Origin: Octopus sinensis
Lineage: Eukaryota
DNA length: 64,000 nucleotides
Assembly (NCBI RefSeq): GCF_006345805.1
Contig: NC_043001.1
Span: 109,988,001 to 110,052,000 of the forward strand
Direction: 5' to 3'
Within the stretch, counting starts at the first letter, position 1; every line of letters starts with the position of its first letter. Below are positions 53,231 to 64,000 of the stretch, in pieces. The notes beneath the pieces are model-generated. The model saw nothing but the letters and a program-made list of their open reading frames with translations. It was not told where the DNA came from and made no database searches. Made by a program: the position numbers and the translations under genes.

Positions 53231-54995
53231 TTATCACTTTAATGATAATTGTCATTAAATTATTTTTGCAAATCACTATAATTACATTTTCATTTTGTTT
53301 GCAATCAGATACATGTCACAGGTCCAGCTGACCTGGGTAACATATTTTCATTATATCTTTCTTACCGGCCTTCGGTAAAACTGGCCATTGCTTGCTAATA
53401 AATTGCAGAACACATACATATAAACAGATAGATAGATGAACAGATAGATCAATAGAAAGATACATAAAGAGAGAGAGAGAGAGAGAGAGAGAGGGCAGAG
53501 GATGTAGGTATCCCTGTCTCATCCAGTTCGCCCCATGTATTATTTCGTTACCTAAGCCAATTAGTAATTTCATTGGTTTAAAACGGCTTTTAAGAAAAAA
53601 ATTTAAATTGTTAAAATTGGCAGTCGCCCATCTATGTTGGATATTTATTTTTATTATTTTTTTTCTAATTTGAATCATAAATACGAGAAAAAATAACAGA
53701 AAATATTAAATATATTTGAATGCATATAGTTATACAAAAAAAATATATATGTAGTATACATGAAATAATTATGAATGAAGAATTAATTATGGAATATGAT
53801 AATTAGCATAGAAGGTAATAACTAACATCAATAATTTAGGAAGCTTTCAAGCACCGAATAGGAAATTTTGACAAATATATCTTTAGATATTTGTAAGAAT
53901 TCGAACAGGTACAATAAAAAGAATAAGCGGAAAATCAAAAGGAATTCAAAGAAGTACGTAATGGAAAGATTAATTTTGAAAGTAAAGCGCTAAACAAAAA
54001 ACAAAAAAAAAATAAAGATTTGTACAATGAAGTACATTTGTACCAAAACAAAATCTGTTAAATCGTATAATGAAACATTTCAAAAGTAACATACGCTTAC
54101 ATACACAGATAGGCATATGCCTGTATCTACAATTATTCGCACGCACATAATTACATACATACAAATATACATATATACACACATATATACATACATGAAG
54201 GTATTCCTTCAATATTTAATTACTCCAATATTATTTACATTATCGCTGAAAGTAAATAACATTTCACTATGACATCCTTTGCTCTCTCTCTCTCAAACTC
54301 TCTTTGTCTCTTTCCGTTTCTCTCTCTCTCTCTCTCGCTTTCTTTCTTACCCTCAGAATAGACTTCGTTCACAAATACATCTTCACTACTTCTAACATAA
54401 TTTTTACAAATGCTCAGATCACATATGAAACAGAAGAAGAGCGTAATATTTCAGAAATGCAATGGTTGTATAGATTGCATTTTAATTTTAAATTATTTTC
54501 TAGACTTCCTGTTTTTGCGAATATCACTTTAATACAAATAGCCAAAGAGCTGGGCAAAGTCATAGAGAAACATATTGATGTCACCCCTAAAATTGCACGT
54601 TGTGAATGAATAAATGTATTGTATCAGGAATATAATGGAAATACATATTACATAATAATGTGGAAAGACTACAAAGAGATACATTAAGTAAGATTTATGC
54701 CCGATTGTTAGATGCAAAAATTACCTGCAGTCCTGTATTATGGTATGATGGCGTTTGAAATATGCATATGTTCATTCTCGTCGAAAGACGAGAATTGAAG
54801 AGGGGTGACTATACCGATCATGCGCGCGCAAGCACATTGTTACACACACACACACTATATATATTATATATTATATATAATATATATATATATATATTAT
54901 ATATATATGTGTGTGTATATGAACATATATATATATATAGTGAGAGAGAGGGGAGAGAGGTACACAGAGAGAAATAGAGTGAGAGATAGACAAAC

Positions 54996-55061
<66 letters not shown>

Positions 55062-55853
55062 TTGTGTGTATGTATGTATACATATATATAAGTATACATG
55101 CTTGTATATCGGTGTGTGTTTGTGTTTATGTATGTCTGTGTGTACATAGGAGCGTTTGGCATTAGAAACAAGACGAGATTGCTCGATACATGTCGTAGAT
55201 AATTTTTCACATCATTTAATTGAAGATGAGGATTTCACCATCGCAACTCTGGCGTTTCACAGTTGCCATGCTTACAGCCACTGAATCACAGAAGCTTCGA
55301 TATAAGTTTAAATGAATGTATAAAGTATATAAGTATATCTGATTATGTATTGTGCGTGCAAGGACGTGTGTGCGTGTTTACGTGTGTGCGTCAGTTGCAT
55401 GTAGCTCAGGGATTTAAATTTTGCTATTGAAATAATTACTTACATGGGTTTGAAGCATTTTAGTTACAATAAAATTAATAGTTACACTTTATTGAGAGAG
55501 ATAAGATTAAACTTTAGAAAGGTTCCTTCAAGAATATGCCCAAAAACTTCACATGCATCTACATGGCTAGTGTGTGCGTATATATATATATGTATATATA
55601 TATATAATATATATATATATATAATGTATACATATATATAGACACACACACATATACATATATATATAAACATAGCTGGATATATGCATAACATATGTAT
55701 AGGTATGTATATAAAGTTATATACGCACACATGGGTTTATATGAGTGTATATCTATGTAAATATACGTATGCATATATACATAGATATATATGCATATGG
55801 ATGCAACTCTAAAAAGTATTTCCATATACATCTAATATATATTATATGTATGC

Positions 55854-55886
<33 letters not shown>

Positions 55887-56442
55887 AACTATATATATAA
55901 ATATATACATGAATATGTATAAATATATACATTTTATATATGTATATATATATATATCTATATATCATGTATATATATATATATTATATATATATATATA
56001 TATATACATCTTTGCGCATCGTTGCATAAGGGTGAATATATATGTCCCAGTCGAATCTATTGATACCACGACGGCTTTTAGTTTCGTGTATCACCAAAAG
56101 CCTGGAATATCAGACAATAAAAACAACATTTATTTACATTTGTATTTTTTGTGTGTATACACACCAGCAAATACATGCACACATAAATACGCACACACTC
56201 ACATATGTACATACACACACACACACACAACACACACATATATATATATATATATATAATATATATATATATATATACACATATAATTATACATGCCTAT
56301 TATATTCATTTACATATAAAATTAAACTTATATGTACATATGTTAGGATATGTATACTTATGTATACAGGGATATAAGACTGAATTTATAAGTATACATA
56401 TATATATATTATATATATATATATATATACAAACATTTACAC

Positions 56443-56496
<54 letters not shown>

Positions 56497-56537
56497 TTAC
56501 ACATATGTATAAATACATGCTCACACATTTATATATT

Positions 56538-56585
<48 letters not shown>

Positions 56586-56587
56586 CA

Positions 56588-56639
<52 letters not shown>

Positions 56640-57794
56640 GTATATATATGTATTTATATATGTATATGTGTATAGGTTGTTATCTGAGCGTGAATATATG
56701 TATTACATGATCGTCTTCAAAATATACTTGCAGCTTTACTGTTTCCTAGAGTTAGTTTATTTTCGTTTACACTCCATTAACCTATGCATCTCTGCTCTCT
56801 TACACACGTTGCTGCCCTTACACATTAACGTATCGTCCATTGTTTTGTTATATGCAATACTGTTACTTTCAAGTAAGCATTATTGTTTTTAGTTTTTCTT
56901 ACAATACCAGCTGAGAGCGTTTCAATTGATATATATGTGTATATTTTTGTGTATTTGTTGTGTTCATATGTATGTTTTTAAATTTCACATATTTTTTTTA
57001 AATCTGTCTTTCATTTCATATATTCCCTCCCTCAATTGGCATCTGCGTTCTTTTTTTTTATTTCTTCTATTCATCTTATTTAATTTTATTTATTTACATT
57101 TTCTCTGTCATTATATATTTTCTTTTCTGTTTTTTTATCAATTGCTTTTGGACACTTTCACTTATCAGATAAAATAAATTTAAATCGTCGTTTCCTTCAT
57201 TAAAACATTTATTTATCCGATACATTATATAATAGTAATTAATATTTGTTTAAATAATAATTCGTTGATTCACACATCTAATTAGCAGTTGATTTGTTAT
57301 TATTGTTATTAGTATTTCATTTTATATTTATTTAATTACTTAATTTGATCTTTACTTTATTTCTTAATTAAATACTCCCCTAGTTGATATTGTGATTATA
57401 ATTGAATTTTTATGACTAATATATTTATGTAATGATATTAAATTATTACTTCTTAAAACGGAAGTAATTCTCATATCCCACCGATTTAGATTCAAGCATT
57501 TATAATAAATATAATAAAGATTAATATCATTACAACCATTCCTTATTATTGTTGTCATTTGTTGTAGGAAGAGGAAAAGGAGGAGGGGGAGGTGGAGTAA
57601 GAGTAAAAGTAAGAGTTTTAGTATTCATAGTAACAAAATGAGCATTCATAATGATAATAATAGAAGTAACAGCAATTGTAATCGAATTAGTAATTTTGTA
57701 GGTCTGTACCATTCTTTACAATTTTCAGTTTATTATTGTTATAATTTTCTTTTTTTCTTTTTCATTTTTTTTTCTTTGGAATGCTAAAATGTAC

Positions 57795-57878
57795 CACATT
57801 CATTCAAGAACTTGTCTCGAAAATTCGTCAGTCCTGCATTCAAGAAGTTTCGGTTTTTGCATTTAGCACCGTTCTCTT
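57795..57878 (-). CDS. Internal exon (84 nt, phase 1-1) of EF-hand protein gene
   Basis: Acceptor ..TACTCACAG, donor G|GTACAT; reads (E)ENGAKCKNRNFLNAGLTNFRDKFLNEC, in frame with the preceding exon. Confidence 0.65.
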
Positions 57879-58045
57879 CTGTGAGTATCGACATTGCCAC
57901 TTCCGAGAATTTCATAAGGTATATGTAGGTAAATATATATATATATATACGTATATGTATATATATGTATATACACGGCTATATATATGTGTGTGTATAT
58001 ATGTTATATATGTATTTACAGGTACATATACATACATATATACGC

Positions 58046-58080
<35 letters not shown>

Positions 58081-58161
58081 GACTTACATATATATTCGTA
58101 TGTGTTTTAAATTTCCTGCCCGTTTCTTAGAGTCACCGTTAAAAGTTCCATCTTACAATAC

Positions 58162-58212
58162 CAAGTAATTCTAGAGCAGCTCGAAACTCGCTTTTTGATA
58201 TCATTTGATTTC
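58162..58212 (-). CDS. Internal exon (51 nt, phase 1-1) completing the EF-hand loop
   Basis: Acceptor TCGTATTTTGCAG, donor G|GTATTG; reads (R)NQMISKSEFRAALELL. Confidence 0.85.
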
Positions 58213-58360
58213 CTGCAAAATACGACGAGAAATAAAAAACGGATTACAATCACGAATAACAAGAGAAGTGCATATAAGCATACGAGTATCCATCCATCCA
58301 TTCGTGTCTGTCATATATATGTATATATGTGTATGTGTATATATTATATATATAATATAT

Positions 58361-58674
58361 ATATAAATTAGAGAAAAACCACTATTATGTAATTCAAACA
58401 ATGATAGACGTAAATCATACCATATAGAAAAAATAAAGTATATGATAAAACATTAATCTAGATCACAAACAATATATAATAATACATAAATAAACAGTAT
58501 ATAATTAGTATATTTACTATTTATATACTAATTATATACTGTTTATTTATTTATTTTTATGTACTTTTTGTGACCTAGTTATATGTTTTACAATATATGT
58601 ATTTTTTATTTATAATTTGGTTTACGACTATCATTGTCTGAATTACATAATAGTGTTTTTTCTCTAATTTATAT
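58361..58674. mobile_element. About 315-bp fold-back (MITE-like) element between TA tracts, intronic
   Basis: ATATAAATTAGAGAAAAA.CACTATTATGTAATTCA.ACAATGATAG.CGTAAA is mirrored at the right end; the inner arm TAAACAGTATATAATTAGTATA is also mirrored. Confidence 0.85.
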
Positions 58675-58762
58675 ATATATATATTTATATTGTGAAATTT
58701 GATTTAATATTAAATTGAATTTTTCCCTGTAAGTTTGGAGTTATACTCCCTAATATCATTAT

Positions 58763-58816
<54 letters not shown>

Positions 58817-59207
58817 AGAGAACATTCCGAGCCCATTACAAATCAAATTCTAGAATTATCATATGAATCGACAAATATTTGAAAGTCATTTGTTGTCGGA
58901 AGAGGAAAAGGAGGAGATGGAGTTGGCGTATGAGCAAAAGTAATAATTTTAACATTGATAGCAACAAAATGAGCATAATGATAATAATATTAAGTCATAA
59001 TGATAATAATATTAATAACAGCAATTTCAATAGAATTAGTTATTTTGTAAGCCTGTACCATATTCGCTTACATCAGTTATTTGTATGTTTTCCTTTGTGT
59101 TTCAAATATTCTACAGAGGATGTTACGGGCTCGCTCCTCCAGTTAGCAATATATATTGTATACACAGAGTGCGGAAGATCTGCCTGGAGTTAATCTAGTA
59201 GTAACTA

Positions 59208-59249
<42 letters not shown>

Positions 59250-59841
59250 CTGTGTTCGTGTGTGTGCATGTGTGTGTTTGTGTATGTATGGCGTATTTGT
59301 GTGTGTGTGTGTGTATGTGTTTATATACGTACGCACAATAAGGCAAAATAAAGATATAAAGAAATAATTGAAAATGCTTAAAAAACAAAACTATTTAGAA
59401 ACATACTTAAAAAATCGTAAACGATAATTAATGATGTAATTTATGGTGATTAATTGTGTTTTATTTCTTGTAAAAATACCTGTAGAGTGCATGAACTATG
59501 CTGACATACGTTTATATCTCGCTAAGGAGGTACAATCCATATTTCGATTCAATCGTTTGTTGATTGCATTTCCTTGGTGAAAACCACTTAGTCTAGACAG
59601 TTGATTATTTTGAAAGTCTTAAGGCAACTATATCATTACGTTTTTAATTATAATTCAGCTGCTTATGTATCCTTCTGTAGCTCAACACGCTTTCAGTTCA
59701 TTAAATTGTTTTCATCTAATTAGTTATTTTAATAAACGCATCTTCTTACACTACTTCACTGATATTTTCGATAAAAATCGTAACCTAATGGGTCAGATAA
59801 TATAGTTAATGAGGAATATAGCGTATGTCAATTAAATGTAG

Positions 59842-60440
59842 GGGCGCAATGGCCCAGTGGTTAAGGTTGTTTTTGTTGTTGTTAAGCAACCATACGGGTA
59901 AGGCTGATTAGGTGATGATCTAGGGCTTAGGGGCGGGAGACCCCAGACCTTGGAAAAAAAGAACTTTGGTCGTCTTGTTATAGTCGAGGGCACTTTGTTG
60001 ACACCCGATACCACTGTGAGGTGGCCCTCGAAGTCGCTAGAAATGGAGATCTCCAGGTCCAAATTCTTGAACGGCAGTGGTTAGGGTAGCGGACTCACGG
60101 TAGTAGGATCGTAGTTTCGATTCTCAGAGCGGGCGTTGTGAGTGTTTATTGAGCGAAAACATCTCAAGCTCCACGAGGCTCCGGCAGGGTCGGTGGTGGC
60201 GAACCCTGCAGTATGCTTTCACCACAACTTTCTAACACTCTTTCTTCCTGTTTCTGCTGTACCTGCATTTCAAAGGGCCGGCCTTATTACATTCTGTGTC
60301 ACGCTGAATCACCCTGAGAACTATATTAAGAGTACACGTGTCTGTGGAGTGTTAAATCACTTGCACGTGCATTTCACAAGCAGGATGTTCCGTTGATCGG
60401 ATCAATTAGAACCCTCGTCGTCAGAACCGACGGAGTGCCA
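59842..60440 (+). mobile_element. SINE family C interrupted in its tRNA head
   Basis: Head GGCGCAATGGCCCAGTGGTTA at 59843, resumes at 60075; body matches 30938-31323. Confidence 0.9.
59867..60074 (-). mobile_element. Short (CAA)n-tailed retroposon, copy 2
   Basis: TSD CAGTGGTTAAGG (59855-59866) and CAGTGGTTAGGG (60075-60086); homolog of 17140-17354. Confidence 0.85.
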
Positions 60441-60478
60441 CGACGATCAAATAAATAGAGAATAAATTTTGTACTTAC

Positions 60479-60622
60479 TGTTGACATCAAAAAATGAAAA
60501 CATTTCTTGCACGAACTGCTCATCACTCAGTGTGGAACTGCTTTCACGTTGCGCCCTTAGAAATTGGCTGAATCTATTTAAAACAGGTCCTTCCAAGTTC
60601 TTTCGATCATGGTAGAGCGTAC
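60479..60622 (-). CDS. Internal exon (144 nt, phase 1-1) of EF-hand protein gene
   Basis: Acceptor GGTTTTCTTTTTTCAG, donor A|GTAAGT; reads TLYHDRKNLEGPVLNRFSQFLRAQRESSSTLSDEQFVQEMFSFFDVN. Confidence 0.85.
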
Positions 60623-61164
60623 CTGAAAAAAGAAAACCATAAAATTCAAATGGTTTCATTTCAAAATGCATTCTTTCTGCGATATTATCCACCCTCAGAA
60701 TGTATGTGTGTGTGAGTGTGAGTGTAAGTATCTGTCTGTGTGTCAGTGTTCACTTATGCGCCACTCGCACTGATTTCCCCTCCGCAATTAAACTCGTACA
60801 GTGATAGAATTAAGCCTCCAAAAGACATGCACACCTATAGGTATACTCATACGAACTTACCCACGTACATATACTGTGTGTGTGTGTGCGTATGCATGTA
60901 TACATGTACACGTGTGTATGTGTTTGTGTAGCTAGCTATATACGTGTGTACATGTGTGTGGTTGAAAAACAGTTTGATTTGAATTCGTTGGTGCTCTTGA
61001 CTTGCTAGTCGTCGGCCATTTTGAATTTTAATTGTCCACTAAATATATATATATATAAATTATATATATATATTATGTATGTATGCATGTATGAATATAT
61101 ATATATATGTATGTATATGTATATGAATATATATATACATATACGTATATATATATATATATAT

Positions 61165-61196
<32 letters not shown>

Positions 61197-61242
61197 ATAT
61201 ATATATATTACATATACGTATATATATACATGCATATATGTG

Positions 61243-61364
<122 letters not shown>

Positions 61365-61591
61365 AAGATAGAGATACGTGTTTGAAATTCATTCACACGG
61401 CTTTCATTTACCTAAAACTATAATAGAAAACACATACTCAAGGTACGGAGAATTCCTGGATGATTTAGCGATTATTCCTAGCACAACAACGGAAAAATTA
61501 CAGTCTCTTTAATTCTCCTTAACGTAGCCATAGCTCTACTCTCCGTATTTTACGAGGTCAGCAAATATTCGCTTAGTTGACATAAAAGTAT

Positions 61592-61622
<31 letters not shown>

Positions 61623-61628
61623 TATATA

Positions 61629-61686
<58 letters not shown>

Positions 61687-61697
61687 ATATATATGTA

Positions 61698-61733
<36 letters not shown>

Positions 61734-61756
61734 ATATATTATATATATATATCTAT

Positions 61757-61793
<37 letters not shown>

Positions 61794-62759
61794 GTGCGTG
61801 TGTGTGTGTGTGTGTTTGTTCGTATGTGTATAGAAAACAAGTTATATTTCCGTGATAAAATCTCCCCAGAATTTGAATTGAATTGAAATAAAGTAGCAAA
61901 CCACTTTTGCGAATGAGGGCAATAGCATGATCGATAATGACGCGATGTAAGAAGAAAGTAACATATATAAATCTCTACAGGTGAAGCCTCAACCGATAGT
62001 TCATTGACTCGAAAATGGCAGCAGTTTTATGATTGTATCCAGACAGATAGTAAGAAATTCCATTAATGAGCATCCCAGGAGAAGGTAAGGACAACCTTCT
62101 TAATATGACCGAATTGTTAGCCAACCGTACTAAGTCATCAGATGTGATCTGTGTGTGTGTGTGTGTGTGTGTGTTTGCGTGTGTTCGTGTATGCGTGCAG
62201 TTGTGAGTGTATATATGTAATTATTTATCTAAAGAATGTATCTGGTGGACGCGTCTGAAAGGATTGCAGACAAACACTTTCCTCTCTGGTCAATCTCTTA
62301 TCAACTTCTTCAAATATCACTTGAAACGGAAAGTGAGAGTAGAAAGGCTAGTTTAAAAAAAATATGTGTGAATGTAGCAAGGATGGCAAGTATAAATGAC
62401 GAAGCCACCTTGAGCATAATCCTATGAACCCGGAAAACTTTAAAAGAGAAAGTTACTTGCAAATAAATGTGTTAACATGTAACATTATTGACCGAGGTTA
62501 CGGTGGTTTTTCCGTAGGCTTTCCTTTCCACGGATAAACCTTATCTGCTTCCCCTTTTACACTTTACATCATGACATTTCTTTGATACACGAACCTTATT
62601 GATCGTTTTTTTCTGTCATTTTACGATCGCTTTTGAACGAAAACCTACCCCTTTTTCTTTTTTTCTTTTTCTTTTTCTTTTCTTTTTTCTCCCAAAAGAA
62701 AAGCTCTACTTTGTAATTTGTCCCTCTGTGTTCAGCCCTATGTGGCTAATAAAGAAACA

Positions 62760-62815
<56 letters not shown>

Positions 62816-62819
62816 AAAC

Positions 62820-63170
62820 TCTTTCACTCCACTTCACACTTTTGATCGCCATCCAGCTCGATCCGAAGCAAGGGTTTCTATGGCCTTTGGATCCATTCCA
62901 AATGACTCCACGGTAGTCTTTATGTCATCCGTAAACGTCAATTTACGTTTACACCGATAGCGTTTGCCCTTTGCTAGCTCACCATAACGTAGATATCTGG
63001 GTGTGCGTTCACTCGCCATTCGAGCAGTATGACCAGACGATCGCATTTGACGCCTGCAGACGCAAAGACATCTTTCTCCGGAGTAAAGATGCCCAATTTA
63101 ATGTTTATAATGCGGGGAAGACATTTGTGGTCAATCGTTCTAATAATTTGAAATGTCACTCTAACACGCC
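62820..63170 (-). pseudogene. RTE (BovB-like) LINE 3' fragment
   Basis: HKCLPRIINIK.. and RSSGHTARMASERTPRYLRYGELAKGKR..FTDDIK..ETLASDRAGWR (compare RW.GHV.RM...R.PK..LYGEL..G.R). Confidence 0.85.
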
Positions 63171-63178
63171 CTTGTATG

Positions 63179-63209
<31 letters not shown>

Positions 63210-63210
63210 G

Positions 63211-63242
<32 letters not shown>

Positions 63243-63253
63243 TAATATATATA

Positions 63254-63297
<44 letters not shown>

Positions 63298-63302
63298 ATA
63301 TA

Positions 63303-63680
63303 GACGCAGGCACAGCTGTGTAGTAAGAAAGTTACTTCCCAACCCCAGGTTTGGGTTTCAGGCCCGCTGCGTGAGTGACAGAGGGCAAGTGTCTTCAGGC
63401 CGATCAAATTCTTGCGTGTGGATTCGGTGCATGGAAACTGGAAGAAGCTTGTGCTTGCCCTAGCACCACCACCACCACCACCACCTAACCCCTTGACAAC
63501 CGGCGTTGATGTTTTGTTCCCGTAACTTACGGGTTCGACAAAAGATACCGATAGATTAATACGAAGCTTTTAAAACATAAGATAAATACTGCAGTCGATA
63601 CATTCGACCAAATATTCTCCAAGACGATGACCTAGCACGGCCATAGATTCATGAGTGAAACAACAACAATATATAAAAGA
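63303..63680 (+). mobile_element. Degenerate SINE family B
   Basis: GACGCAGGCACAGCTGTGTAGTAAG..GGGCAAGTGTCTTC..CTTGACAACCGG..CGATAGA. Confidence 0.7.
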
Positions 63681-63783
63681 AATTTATGTATGTATGTAAT
63701 GTATATATCTATCTATCTATGTTTCCTCTCTCTCTCTCTCTCTCTCTAAATATATATATATATATACATATATAAATACATGT

Positions 63784-63879
<96 letters not shown>

Positions 63880-63920
63880 AGATATAGAAAGAGAGAGAGG
63901 AGAGAGAGAGATTTATATAA

Positions 63921-64000
63921 ATAAGGATAAAATCGTTAATTTAAATATCGATCTTATCAAGTGGACAGCATGGGAATAAAAACCTTCAAAGGTAATAATT
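63921..64000 (+). repeat. Second copy of the 27160-27245 repeat, cut by the window end
   Basis: Direct comparison. Confidence 0.8.

Noticed and set aside
53365-53395. 29-nt candidate exon (ASNGQFYRRP) with a GTAAGA donor
   Set aside because: Changes phase and has no supporting downstream exon.
57820-57890. Plus-strand exon-like signals (GTGAGT at 57881)
   Set aside because: They overlap the better-supported minus-strand exon.
62310-62420. Signal-peptide-like MLKVASSFILAILATF.. as a first exon of the EF-hand gene
   Set aside because: Only a weak donor (A|GTGATA); hydrophobic frames are common in T-rich DNA; not supportable without transcripts.

Overview
AT-rich, microsatellite-saturated eukaryotic DNA. 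The repeat families look like those of Octopus (coleoid cephalopod); this is an inference from pattern recognition, not a database result. Most ORFs in the supplied track are translations of (TA)n, (CA)n, (TAA)n, (GAA)n or (CTAT)n repeats and are not coding. Supported content: (1) three phase-1 exons of a minus-strand host gene (60479-60622, 58162-58212, 57795-57878) that splice into an intact 93-codon frame with a canonical EF-hand loop (DVNRNQMISKSE), in a SPARC/SMOC-like arrangement; (2) about 20 tRNA-derived SINE copies from at least six modular families; (3) decayed fragments of R4/Dong-type, RTE, CR1, Penelope (GIY-YIG) and mariner elements. The most interesting unexplained structure is a cluster of at least six hammerhead-ribozyme-like motifs in 19.5-27.6 kb. 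One sits downstream of the Penelope remnant; most of the others lie in short elements next to (TA)n tracts, one of them a fold-back. Also notable: recurrent palindromes centred on (TA)n tracts; a ~210-bp (CAA)n-tailed retroposon without a tRNA head, present twice with the same 5' boundary; and a GC-richer orphan-ORF island inserted into a SINE. No rRNA, true tRNA or CRISPR array was seen.
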